DNA of 64,000 nt. Origin: Octopus sinensis. Lineage: Eukaryota. The notes under the pieces are model-generated. The model ran no database searches. It saw only the letters and a list, made by a program, of their open reading frames with translations, and was not told the origin of the DNA. The stretch's first letter is position 1, and each line of letters begins with the position of its first letter. Both the position numbers and the translations under genes were made by a program. Of this stretch, positions 24,011-37,797 are shown piece by piece. The DNA is taken from positions 496,001 through 560,000 of the forward strand of contig NC_043020.1 in NCBI RefSeq assembly GCF_006345805.1, given 5' to 3'.

Positions 24011-24255
24011 AAGTAGATGGTTCTTGTACTAATGTAAGAATGTCTGTGATCTACTGATGCATATAAAGGATGTCGGCTGTATAAAGATGTGCTGAGTGCT
24101 TCATGTGAATGGAACCTGTAGAATAGGGTACCCCCGAAGATATAGGGTGAATGCATGAAGAGTTATGTGCAATAGAAGAATTCCACAAAGATGACAATAT
24201 CTGTAATGATTGGTGACAAATAGTGCTAGAGATCAAAGAAAGACATAGAATCACC

Positions 24256-24507
24256 AAGCATAGATTGGCATATTTCGGTCATATTATGCAGAGAAAATCC
24301 CTGGAGAAGGACATCATGCTCGGAATGGTCAGTGGCGAGAGAGGAAGAGGCTGACCAAGAACCCACTGGCTTGACACCATCAGGAGTGATGCCGGAATGG
24401 ACATAGCCAATCTGAAAGAAGTCGCCCAGGATAGAACTGACTGGAGGACACTGATCCAATGAGTGACCGAGAGTCGACTTCGACTGAGCGGAGAGAGAGA
24501 GAGAGAG
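24256..24507 (+). pseudogene. RTE-BovB-like LINE 3' end (ORF2 C-terminus, (GA)n tail)
   Basis: KHRLAYFGHIMQRKSLEKDIMLGMVSGERGRG*PRTHWLDTIRSDAGMDIANLKEVAQDRTDWRTLIQ*VTESRLRLSG matches the BovB C-terminal pattern YFGH...SLEK..MLG...G.R.RGR.R..WLD...DR..WR...SR.RL. Confidence 0.88.
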
Positions 24508-26153
24508 TGCTAGAGAAGATTTACCCACTGGTGCCAACCTAGCAAAATGGTCATCAAAATATTTGTGATGACCATTGCGGTTTAGATGTATAAATCTTTG
24601 ACCTTCTCACCCAGTATTTCCTGTAAAAACTCTGCTGTTCTATTTGTTACCTGCTCACCTATCGCTCTCTTCTCTCCTATTCACTATACAACACCACCTG
24701 TGTAATGTGGTGGACATAGGCAGTGATGGTCATTTGCTATCATTCATGGAAACATATTCGATCACTGTTCTGTTTGTGTTTGAAGGAAGAGAGGAAATAC
24801 TACCTTCCTTGGAAACAGGTGGGTTTTGGTAACAGTAAGGACATCTGGCCATAGAAATCCTGCCCCTATAAACTTCTTTGGATCCATGCAAGCATTGGAA
24901 AGTAGGCATTCAAACAACGTTGATGATAACAATAGGAGATAAAGGTTACTAGCCTCATACTAAATCCTTTTCCGTTTCTGAAGAATGAGGTAATGTGAGC
25001 GGTTCCTCAATTCACCTTCTCCCTGTACAGTATATTCAAGGGGAGAGAAAGTTTTGACTGAGTACCTACCTCACTGGTACTTTAACACCTTGGAATGAGG
25101 AAAGGCTAAATTCACCTTCGCAGGATTTGAATTTAAGTACAGACCTCTAAAGTGTCTTGCTCAAGAACACAACACACAGCCCAGCCTGGGAATTGAACTC
25201 ACTGCGTCATTATTGCGAGCCTGACGCTCTAACCACTGAGGTATGCACCTTCACATACTTGTGTATGTGTGTGTGTGTGTTCCTCACTCCGAGGCTTTGA
25301 CAGCCTCAGTTGGTTTTAGTTTACATCCTTGTAACCTAGCAGTTCAGCAAAAGAGACTGACATAAAAAGGTACCAAAAAGTACTGCTGTCGAATTGTACA
25401 ACTGAACCCGTCAAGGTAGTGCTCCAGCATGACCACAACAGTCCCATGACTGAAACAGCTAAGAACAATAATACATAAAAATATTTTTTTTTTTTTTTTT
25501 TAATATTCTGACAAAATCAATGATTGTAAGTTACTGTATATATATATTTATTATTATTATTATTCACAGAAATGTGTTCATTGCAGCATTGAAATATGTT
25601 TACATGTATTAAATTAAAATACTGTACAAACTTGAGTGTTGTACTTGATAACAATTCACAGTTCATAATATCTGTGATAACAATTCTCAGTTCATATATA
25701 TCTCAGTTCATGTATATCTGTATGTGTTTGTGTATGAATCCTACTTTTTCTCTTTTACAAAATATTTGTTGCAGGCATCCAAACCAAGTGTACAGTTTTT
25801 AGGATACCTACTGCTTTTCCTCTACGAATATGCCCTACTAATATCAGAGGTTCCGAAAAACTAAAGTCCTTGGGTGCTGCCTTTTCCTCGTTCGATAGTA
25901 GGGGGTTGCGATTTTAAAAAGCTAGCATTATTTTATATTCTTTAATTTTTTCTTTACTTGTTTCAGTCATTTGACTGTTGCCATGCTGGAGCACTGCCTT
26001 TAGTCAAGTAAATCGATCCCTGGACTTATCTTTGTAAGCCTAGTACTTATTCTATCAACCTTTTTTGTCAAACTGCTAAGTTACTGGGAGGTAAACACAC
26101 CAGCATCGGTTGTCAAGTGATGTTGGCAGGACAAACACAGATACACAAACATA

Positions 26154-26191
<38 letters not shown>

Positions 26192-26813
26192 ATATATGTG
26201 TGTGTATGTATGTATGTATGTATATGTATATATATATATATAAATATATACACACACACGACAGTAGAATAAGTACTAGGCTTAAAGAAAAAAAAGTCCT
26301 GGGGTCGATTTCCTAAACAAAAACCCTTCAAGGCGTTGCTCCAGCATGGCCACTGTCAAATGACTGAAACAAGTAAAGGAATAAGAGAATATATATATAT
26401 ATACACACACATACACACACAACAGGCATTAGTCTGCCTGGGCCCAGCTTTGGTAGTCGGCACTTGCCCATGGTACCTGGCAGTGGGACTGAACAAGACT
26501 TGAAGCTTTATTTTACTCACCTACTTTCATTTTTTTGTACAGCTTAGATTTGTTTGTTTTTGTTTTTTTAAAAACCTGTTATTCTGTTAGTACAAGGGTT
26601 AAGAGGGATGGGACAGGGGTTTTATGTTGTGTTTGGAGTGGTTGGTGTCTGGTTGCAAGTCTAGCTGCTTCTACCCAACCTTATCCTCACATTTCTGGAA
26701 ATGGCAGAGTTATTATAGTTTAGCCCTAGGTCAACCCCTGTACAAGCTGACCTCTGATCAAAGACATTCTAGTCATGACCATTCCATTTTATTATTCATT
26801 TATGACTATACCA

Positions 26814-27330
26814 CATGTTCTCTTTTTCCAAATGAGAACATTTGAGGAAGTTTTAACTGTTGGACATGAGTTGAGGGAATTTTGACTGTTATTTCTAGCA
26901 GGTCAAATGACCACATAGTCTCCTTTATTGGAGCATAAATGGTTTTTTGGGAGGGTTTACATGAGGAAGTGTGTGGTCACTACTCACCTGGCAGTTGTCT
27001 CATGTTCTCTTTTCCGAGACAGCTGGACATGAGTTTAGGGAATTTTGACTGTCATTTCTAGCAGGTCAAATGACCACATGCTCTTCCTCGTTAGAGTATA
27101 GACGCAGGTGTGTGTGTGGGATGAGTTATGTGAAGCAGAGTGTGGGAGTTGCTCATCACGCAGTTGTCGCATGTTCTAGTTTCCCAAAGCGGTAGGGTAT
27201 AGCTTTTTGCTGCTATTTCTTGCAGGTCAGTGACACCCCCTTAATCTCCCCTACTGGAGTACAGCTGGAGGGAGTGGGGGTGGAGGGGGTAGTTACACGA
27301 GGACGAGTGTGAGTGCTACTCATCAGGCAG
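26814..27330 (+). repeat. Three degenerate tandem copies of a ~170-190-bp unit
   Basis: Each unit starts catgttct (26814, 27001, 27170) and contains gctrttatttctwgcaggtca-like sequence. Confidence 0.7.
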
Positions 27331-27780
27331 CCGTGCATATTGAGAGAGAGAGAGAGCGACAGTGTGTGTTACCATAGAAATCAATAAAAGTTTGCTTGTG
27401 GTTCTCCTTAGGATCCGAGCATGGTTGGTTATACAATCGAGTTACTATGGCTGTCCATCGGGCGATGGATAGATGCTTTTCATATGCAGGCAGTAAATTT
27501 CAGCTTGCTTTGCTTTGCTTTGCTTTGCTTGCTGCCATTGAGCACAACTATTGCTGCTGCTGCTGTTGAAGCCACTGCTACTACTGCTGCTGCTCCTGCT
27601 GCTGCTGCTAGCATAACCGGTATGCCACCATCAGCGTTGTTATAACGTTGGCATCCCTGACATTGCCACATGTATCGCTTCTTCCTGTTGTCTGCTCATT
27701 CCGACTTGTCTTGACCACAAGCGTATATGTACACATATATGTACATATATACACTTATATAATATATATATAGTATATAT

Positions 27781-27817
<37 letters not shown>

Positions 27818-28107
27818 AATACATAAATATATATGTGTGTATATATTATTGCCAAGCAGGAAAATAGTAAAACTTATATCATTATACCAGTTTACATTTC
27901 TATTATAAAGATTGGATCTCTTTGAAAAATAGACTATTATCATCCAGGTAAGATTCAATTAATTAATTAACTGAATAATTAATCTCCCCCCCCCCCGCTT
28001 CATCCCACACCTTCTGACACACACACGCATACACACATGCTTATTTGTTTATATAATTCCTTTGGATTATATAGTGCATCTATCATTGTATCAGTGTTTT
28101 TTTGACT

Positions 28108-28146
<39 letters not shown>

Positions 28147-29664
28147 TTTGTGTTTTTTTTATGTAATAAGGGTGTGTGTATAAGTGCGGCTGGGGGTTGG
28201 CCCTGTTGGTAATCTTGTCATCTTTCCCGTGTTCACAGGAGGTCTTTGTTTCTTTTCTCTTTTTCTTTCCCTCTTTGTTTGGCTGTTCCTTTCAATCTCC
28301 TCAAATATTCCACCGGCTTCCTTTTCCATTATTTTCCTCCTTCGTTTCTAATTAACTTCTAAAGCAGAAGTGTCATTTAACAGTACTTGTACGCAGATGC
28401 GTGCATGCATGCAAATGTGTGCACATGTGTGCATATATGTATGGGTGTGTTTACATGTTATATGTGCATGTGTATGTATATATATTATACATACACACAC
28501 ATTTGTGCACATATACAAGTTTATTTATCTCTGTGCATACACACAAGCACATGTATATTTATTTATCCATCTCTCTCTATATATATCTATATATATGTGT
28601 GTGTGTGTGTGTATATATATATACACACACACACATACATACATGAACACATACATGTATACCCACATGTGCTTACATACAGCTGTACTTCCCCACATGC
28701 ATGCACCCGTGTGCCTACTTGCAGATGCACATGTGCTCGCTCATCTGCATACCCACATACATGCACACACACACACCTACACATCTATATACACACACAT
28801 GCACACGATATCGCTCTTGTATTTACAATCATTTTGACAGCTTTCTTGTTCAGTTGCCGTTAAATTTGCATCAACATTATTTAAAAGCAAAAAAAAAAAA
28901 ATTACAGTTTTTGGGGGGTTTTTTCAGTTTTAAAATTAAATTAGATATTTTGTTTACTTCAAGTATATCATCATACGCTTCTCCAGCTATTGTTTTCTAA
29001 ATTCAAATAATAATAATGATAGTCGTGATAGTAATAATAATAGTGATAATGATGATAACAATAATAGTATGAATGATGATAATAATAATAATAATAATAT
29101 TATTATTGGTAATCATAATAATAGTAATAATAATAACGGTGTCTAGACATGTGCCGGTTATTTACATGTAACTCTGTTCTAGACAGTCACTAGTTATTTC
29201 CTTATACTTGACTATTAGTAGGGGTCTATCTATATACATCTATCACCATTGTCTGTGATGCTGAGGGGGGAGGGGGGGCTTTTCCCCCCCCCTTCCTCAT
29301 TTCCATTAAGGTTTTCTCTTTAAATATTTTATTTTTATTTCTTCTCTCGCAATGTTCTGAACCGCATGCACATTAGCAGTTGCAACAGCAACAACAACAG
29401 CAGCAGCATCACTAGCTGCAACAAGACAACATTCGCTACGCTGTTTTTTTTTTTTTGTTTGTTTGTGTTTTTTGTTTGTGTTTTTTTTTGCCCATGCTTT
29501 CTTGTGCGTCTGTTGTGGCTTTGCGTTTCATTGTAAATGTTTGCGTCTGCTTAGCGTTTATTTTGTGTGCAGGTGGTTGTTTTATTTATTTTTTGTTCTT
29601 ACCTTACCAAATACCCTCGGCTCCATTTAGCATTTAAGAATTTCAGTGTTGCATGTGTGTGTGA

Positions 29665-29725
<61 letters not shown>

Positions 29726-29801
29726 AGTATGTGTACACACACACACACACACACATGTGTATACGTATATATATGTGTGTTTATTCATATGTGCATGTAT
29801 G

Positions 29802-29868
<67 letters not shown>

Positions 29869-30776
29869 ATGTGTATTTTGCCAGATCAGACTGGACCTGG
29901 TGCAGCCTTCTGGCTACCCAGACCCCAGTTGAACCGTCCAACCCATGCTAGCAGGGAAAGCAGATGCTAAATGATGATGATGTATGTGTGTATATATACG
30001 TTTATGTATGTATTTGTTTATAAATGTGTATATGTGTTTGTTTATAAATGTGTGTATGTGTGTGTTTATATACATATGATATGCATGTGTGTGTGTGAAT
30101 ATCTGTGTATATGTGTGCATCTATATATGTGTGCATTTCTGTACACACACACATACATGTGAGTGTGTGTATATGTAGCTGATATTCATATAATTATGCA
30201 TCTATGCAATATGTAGATGTGCATCTGTGAATATATATATACATATATATGTGGGTGTGTGTGTGTGTGTATGTGTATGTATGTATATGTACAAGCATGT
30301 GTGTCGTGGGGAGAATACTGACTACTGCATTGACAACATAGCGACAGAATAAGAGAATTATAAAATGAGTGGAAGAAAAGTCCCTGAACAAGAACTTTCA
30401 GAATACAGGAATATATATATGTATGTATGTGTGTGTGTGTAATAATTTAGTAATGGTTTTTCTTTCCCCACCACTGTCACACAAACCTTCTTCTCACTAC
30501 AGCTGTTTTTTCTTCACTATCAAGGATATTTGATTTTTGGACATTTTGCAATTTGCAAACTTTGCCCTCTATTTCTTTTTTTTTAATAAGTCTGTGTTCT
30601 ATCCCGACTCCAACTCCTCGTGTGGCTGAACTGGGTTAGTGGTGTATCATTTTGTTGGAATTGGTGTGAAAGAAGGACATGAGTTCAAAGTTCCTTGTTA
30701 AAGGGTACAGCAACGTTTTTACAATCACATCAGTAAGAATTCCACATATCAATAGTGACAGTTCACATCTCTAGCT

Positions 30777-31066
30777 TTAACCCTTTCAGTGATACCATCC
30801 TGCACAAGGCTGCCCAGCCCTTGCTTCTCTGATACACACTTCTGGTTTAAAATTATCTAAATTAAAATCTTCCATCAAAATTTCATGTTAGATTGTGTTC
30901 CAAACACTAGCTTGGGAATAAATATAATTTTACTGAATACTTCAATATTTTCATTTGATTTAATTGCAAAAAAAGGGCGAAAAAAAAGACTATTTATATC
31001 TGTGGAAAAGTGATGGCAAAAATTGTTAATAGCTCTTCTTCCTTCATATTTTGGCACTGAAAGAAA
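30777..31066. mobile_element. piggyBac-like MITE
   Basis: TTAA-ccctttcagtg left end and cactgaaag right end (degenerate). Internal aattaaaatcttccatcaaaatttcatg is related to the 14574 copy. Confidence 0.6.
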
Positions 31067-31618
31067 GTGGGGAAGGAGTAAAAATTAGGGAAAACAACTT
31101 ATTATATTTAAGGGTGTGTAAGTCAGTCCTTTTTCATACTTGATTCTTATTGGAAAAGAAAAAGAAAAAAACTTGGGTGCAACTTTACACTGGGTAAAGC
31201 TTAAACTGACAACAGAGCAAAAATTTTGTATCAAGATTTATTTCTCATTAAGTTAGGGGTGCAACTTTTACACATATGTGACTTTGCATGAGTAAGTACA
31301 GTAAATAGGAAATTTAAGGAAAACAACTAAAGTGTGTGTGTGTGTGTGTGTGAGCACGTATGTAGAAGAAGAGAAAGAGAGATTGTAATAAATGTGTGCA
31401 TCTATATGTATGTACATGTGTATCACATATATATATAGCGTGCGTATTGTGAAAAATTATATGGTTATGGACAATGTGTCTAATTTCAGCATATTTGGCA
31501 TTAGAAATTTTTTCGGTTGCCTTTATTTATAAGTTATTTATAAATTTAACCTTTAAAGGTATTTTTTTACTATGCTGGCCATTGATAAAATTTTTTTCGA
31601 AAAAACTTTATCCTACAT

Positions 31619-31658
<40 letters not shown>

Positions 31659-33189
31659 TTTATTGTCCTATGAAATTCTTATATATGTATATTGTGTGTA
31701 ATACCTAATCCTTGTACTGAAGTTTTACTAGAGTGTCACACAGTGCTTGTATCGTATGTACTAACTCAGCCACCGTCAGTGATATTGCGATATCATGATT
31801 ACGCTTGTCTGTAACTGTAACTTGTTACATTGTCCTCCGTGTTCAGGCACTTCTCCCTCACTTGTATCAACTCTCTTTGTCTGTCACACTGTTTTGTTGA
31901 TGCAACGTAATCTACTGCAGTCGTCAGTTGCCTTGCAAAATACATGCACACACATATATCGTACACAGGACTCTCTTGGGTCACAGGTTCAATTCCTATA
32001 ACAGGACCGTTATTGAGATGTGAACATATGATACGTTATTTTTTTTTTCTTTAATCTATAACAATGCACAAATTGTTTTTCAAACAGAACAACCTTGTTG
32101 TTAGTTAAGATGTAAAACTTTTTCTAACTTTATAATTGATATCAACAAGTTTTTTTTCAGCCCCTACTTTACTTCCTTGTTTTCCTTTGCACCACCCATT
32201 ATTACCCCCCCCCGTCCTTTTTTTCTTCCCCTGTGTCCAACATATGAAAGTATTCAAATTAATTTGTCACATCACAAAATAGATGTGTCATTAGATCTGG
32301 ATTCGCTTATGCAACATTTCTGAAAATATAACTTTTCTTAAAAAAAAGTTAAGGCCTTGTCAAATTAGAAACAAATCTTTATTGGATTTTTTTCTTTCTT
32401 TTTCCTTCAATTTGAATGAAGGAAGATATATATATATATATATATATGCATGTCATTGTTAGAGGTGTCAAGTGTCTTTATTGACCCATGAAATTTTTAC
32501 TGATTTTATTGTAAATTATATTATGTTGTTGCGCCCTTTAACAAGGAGCTTTTCAATTAATTCCTGTCGTCTTTCCACACCCATTTGTGTAAAATGATAC
32601 ATCACTAACCCATTTAATTCGCATATTACAAGCGGCCCTGATGGGTGGGTGGGTAGGTAGGTAGGTAGGGGTAGACAGGAAGGGTTATAAATCATTTCGA
32701 TATTGAGAAAAAAAAAATAATGAAAAAATGAAAAAGAAAACAAAAAAGACAAGCTTACTTGTAGTTATATTTCATGTGAAATTTCCAAAACCAAATATCT
32801 TTGCTAACTAACAGCTTGAACAGGGAAGAATATTTGCACAGTAAAGTGAAGAGAGGGGGAGGAAAAAAAAAAAAAAGCAAAGTAAAAAAAAAAAAAAAGG
32901 AATTACTAAATTATTATAAATTTCTACATTCTGAAAGTTTTAACTTGATAAATTGATAAATTTGACAATTCTCCCCCTTTTGTCTTTCCATTATTTTCAA
33001 TTTCCACTTTATATTATTTTGTATTATATATATCGTTTTCATTTTATTTCGTTCTTATATTGTTTTGTTTTTTTATTATTTGCAATCTAAATTTAATAAT
33101 ATCCAGGGCATAACATGAAATTGTCAAATTTTATAAACCTGTAAATTTAATAACTTTTTACTTGGGTAATGCGTACATACATATATACA

Positions 33190-33231
<42 letters not shown>

Positions 33232-33804
33232 TTCATTTTCTGAATCATAATATACAGTGTTCTCTGTGTTGTCTACTTGGTTTTTATTTAATTTTTTTTC
33301 AAAAGATTTTTTTTTAGCTGTTTATATTTGTTAATATTATTATTAGAAATTATTATTATTATCAGTGTTATTACTATTATTATTATTATTATTATTAAAA
33401 TTTTTTTTTTATCATCATCATTGTCATTGTAATTTACACACAATTTCAAAAGATTGAAAGTTATACCATAATCATAATAATAATAATAATAATAATAACA
33501 ATAATAATAATAAATAATAAAAATAAAGGTATTCATGTGTAGTTATGTATGTGTCATGTTTGAGAATGAAATATGTAACCACTTACATATTTTGTGTGTG
33601 TGTTTGTGTGAGGTGGTGTACAGGTTGGTGTGTGTCTCTTTCTCTGTGTGTGTGTGTGTGTGCACTCATGTGTGAGGTGGTGTACAGGCTTGTATGTCTC
33701 TCTTTCTCTGTGTGTGTATAATCTATGTGTATATGTACATAAGTATATATATATATATGTCTGCCTGTAGTTATGTATGTTTATGTGTATACATATATGT
33801 GTGT

Positions 33805-34000
33805 GTGTGTGTGTTGTGCATGTGTGTTTTCATATGCATCATCATCATACGTTATTCTTCAGTGCTTGCATGGGTTAAAGTATATAGTATATATATGGGT
33901 GGTGTGTGTGTGTGTTGTGCATGTGTGTTTTCATATGCATCATCATCATACGTTATTCTTCAGTGCTTGCATGGGTTAAAGTATATAGTATATATATGGG
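33805..34000 (+). repeat. Exact local tandem duplication, ~100-bp unit
   Basis: gtgttgtgcatgtgtgttttcatatgcatcatcatcatacgttattcttcagtgcttgcatgggttaaagtatatagtatatatatggg occurs twice. Confidence 0.9.
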
Positions 34001-35193
34001 TGTGTGTGTGTGAAGGTGTGTGTGTGTATATTATACACACATGATTGAGTTGTGAAACAAATTTTTACAAGAAAATTAAAATGATAATAGAATTATGTTA
34101 CGCTGTTGATTTTATTTTAGGTGAATTTCTTTTACTGTTTAAATGTACTTGAATACGGCTACACATGTGTTTGTGTATGTGCATGTATCTGTATTTATAG
34201 GAGTATAGGAGTATAATGTATATGTATAGACGTGTGTGTGTGTGTGTAAAAACATAGGTATATATAAAAGCATTCTTATATGTAAATGTTCATATATATA
34301 TTTTGTTGTGTCTGGGGAGGTCATAGTGCTTTAATATAACACACCAGTTCAAAAAAATATATATATATAATCAAAATAAGCAACAAGGATATCCAAAGGT
34401 ACTGCATTACCTCTTGGATATCCTTGTTGCTTATTTTGATTATAATCACCTTATTTTGAAATTGTATGGATAATACCATACCAAATTCTGGTGCCTTCAA
34501 CTTAAGTACCATCTGAATCTAAATTTTTACTTATATGAATATATATATATATGCTTAAATATATGTATCCAAAACATGGCCAGGTCATTGTGTCTAAACT
34601 AGGTCCCCTATCAGGCTTGCGGTGTGTGAAGGGTTGCTTGGAACCCAGCAGGACAAAAACAGTCCCTGTCTATATGATGAATGAACCCAACATAGGGTCA
34701 CCTACTACAATGTGTAATGACAGAGGAATACTTATGGTGGGGAATGCGTGTTGAACTCTAAGTTCTTGATAAACCATCGGTCTTGGTGAAGGATAGTCTC
34801 TTAAACAGGGGTAGGATAAAACCTGTGACTCATTGAGCTTCTTGTTGTCCTAGGGTCCCAGCCATTATCAGATAGAGCAGCTTGCTTCCTTGGTCACCAG
34901 GAAGAAAGCTTCCCTGTGTCAGACAGAATCTGTTGAGGCAGATTTTCTACAGCTCTTCTCATTACCAACTTCCACCTGTTTGCAAGCAAAGTAAGGTCCC
35001 CTCCTAGCAGGAAATATTTTCACAAAATACTGGAAATGAATAACACTGCTTGTATGACAGTGAAGCTTGTTTACAAATATCACAAGATGTCAAGCAAGAA
35101 GACACAAATGCTCATATGCACACACTCACACATCTAAATTTGCATATATACATATGTTTATATGTATGTAAATGTGTGTGTGTGTGCATGCAT

Positions 35194-35577
35194 GCAGGGG
35201 TGGCTGTGTTGTAAGAAGTTAGTTTTCCAGCCATATGGTTTTGGGTTCAAGTCTCACTGCATGACATCTTAGGTAAGTGTCTTCCACTATAACCTCAGAC
35301 TAGGCAAAGCCTTGTGAGTTGATTTGATTGGCAGAAACTGAAAAGATGCCCATCACATATATATATATATATGTGTGTTTGTCCCCCACCACTGCTTGAC
35401 AACTGGTGTTGGTTCGTTTATGTCCTTCTAACTTAGCAGTTCAGCAAAACAGACCAATAGAACAAGTATCAGACTTTAAAAAGGGAAACTACTGGGGTTG
35501 ATTCGTTTGACTAAAAATTTCTTCACGGTGGTGCCCCAGCATGGCCACAGCCTAATGACTGAAACAAGAATAAAAGA
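35194..35577 (+). mobile_element. Family A SINE, degenerate full-length
   Basis: Head, core and tail all align with the young family A copies. Confidence 0.8.
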
Positions 35578-35875
35578 TGTACGCTACACATAAATGAATG
35601 ACTGAAGAGAATCGGAACATGGAAATATACACGCAAAGCCTCTCCGAGATATTTATGTGTCTGTTCCCAAATGTGCAATTTCCGGTGAATCATTAGGAAC
35701 ACAAATCAGTTCAAATGCTGATGCTGTAACCCCAAAGCTCTCGTAGAATTAACAACCTATACCAATAACAAACAAGGCTTTCACAGTCAGCAATTATTTT
35801 TCTGCTTACCTATCGCTCTGTTTGTCCACCTGTTGTTGTTGTTGCTGTTGTTGTTGTTGTTGTCGGGCACTCTAT

Positions 35876-35963
<88 letters not shown>

Positions 35964-36139
35964 CTTGCATCCTTAACTCCGCCAACCTACTTCCCACTCT
36001 GTAAACCTGTTGGAGGAGACATCAATCACTTACATGTATCTTTATGATTTTTCATTTGTTTGTATTGTTGCAAACATCGTTCACATTAATATAATTAGAG
36101 ATGCTTGTTGTTAATGCTACGTCCATACATTCATGAAAA

Positions 36140-36672
36140 GTTCAGTACACACACACACACACACATACATACATATACATACATACATACATACAGACAT
36201 GCACATATACATACATACATTCATACATACACACATACATACATATACATACATACATACATACAGACATGCACATATACATACATACATTCATACATAC
36301 ACACACACACACACACACACACATACATACACATACACACATACATACAAGCATGCATACACACATACATACACAAACACACATACATACATACATACAC
36401 AAACATACATACACATACATACACACATACATACATACACACATACATACATACACACATACATACATACACACATACATACACACACACATACATACAT
36501 ACATACACACACATACATACATACATACATACATACAGACACATACACACATGCATACACACATACATACATACATACACACACACATACATACATACAT
36601 ACACACACACATACATACATGCACACACACACATACATACATACATACACACACACATTTACATACACTCAG
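36140..36672 (+). repeat. Compound (ACAT)n/(CA)n microsatellite
   Basis: Direct reading of the sequence; this tract produces the H/T/Y/I ORFs in the track. Confidence 0.95.
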
Positions 36673-37327
36673 ACATGAACGGTTTTTAGTGTAATCCTCC
36701 GTATCCACATCCATATAAAAGTTTTCTTTTTAAATATAACCAGAAGATTAAGTTTATAAAATATCCGATTATAAGTACTAATATGTGTGTAATGGTGGTG
36801 GTGGTCGTGGGGTTGTCTTTTGTCTAATTTAATTCATGTCATAATTTCATGCACGTATCTATGAATCCAGTGAATTAATATATACACGTAAAGCCACTAA
36901 CACACACACATTAGCAGGTATATCATTGTCATCATCATCATCAACATCATCATATAAGTCTGTATTTCCATCCTTATATGTGATGGATAAATTTTCTCCA
37001 GCACTGTATCTTTCCACTTGTTGCAGTCACTTCTCATCTTTTTTTTTTTTTTTTAATGAGGTGCAGAATTTTAGGAGCAGTTTTCACCGCATCTATTCCG
37101 TGCCTTCCTTGTCCACAGGTTCCATTCACTGAAATCTCTTGGCATATTTTCTGTCCCGCTGTCATCCACTGTATACGTCGCATACCCATACCAGCACCGT
37201 CACCTGTCTTGAATGCTACAACTCACTCCTCTTACATCCAGTTTTCTGGGAACAGCTTTCACCTCATCTGCTCCACTCCTTCCTCATCCACAGGTTCCAT
37301 TCACTGAAATCTCTTGGCATATTTTCG

Positions 37328-37549
37328 AGCTGGCAGAACTGTTAGCATGCCAGGCGAAATGTATCGCCGTATTTCGTCTGCCGTTACGTTCTGAGTTCAA
37401 ATTCCACCGAGGTCGACTTTGCCTTTCATCCTTTCGGGGTCGATAAATAAAGTACCAGTTATGCACTGGGGTTGATGTAATCGACTTAATTCGTTTGCCT
37501 GTCCTTGTTTGTCCCCTCTGTGTTTAGCCCCTTGTGGGTAGTAAAGAAA
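37328..37549 (+). mobile_element. Family B SINE (left arm of inverted pair)
   Basis: gagctggcagaactgttagc...gtagtaaagaaa. Confidence 0.92.
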
Positions 37550-37574
37550 CATATACATCACATGTCCATACCTA

Positions 37575-37797
37575 TTTCTTTACTACCCACAAGGGGCTAA
37601 ACACAGAGGGGACAAACAAGGACAGACAAACGGATTAAGTTGATTATATCGATCCCCAGTGCGTAACTGGTACTTATTTAACCGACCCCGAAAGGATAAA
37701 AGGCAAAGTCGACCTCGGTGGAATTTGAACTCAGAACGTAATGGCAGATGAAATACCATTCAGCATTTCGTCCGGCGTGCTAACGATTCTACCAGCT
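37575..37797 (-). mobile_element. Family B SINE (right arm of inverted pair)
   Basis: tttctttactacccacaagggg...gattctaccagct. Confidence 0.92.

Noticed and set aside
27421-27671. Poly-Ala ORFs on both strands
   Set aside because: They derive from (GCT)n and (GCTTT)n runs; the other frames are closed and no protein family is recognisable.
32930-33160. Short inverted repeat aaatttgacaatt
   Set aside because: Only about 13 bp in very AT-rich DNA, with no TSD.
36105-36714. Overlapping 125-194 aa ORFs
   Set aside because: They are translations of the (ACAT)n/(CA)n microsatellite.
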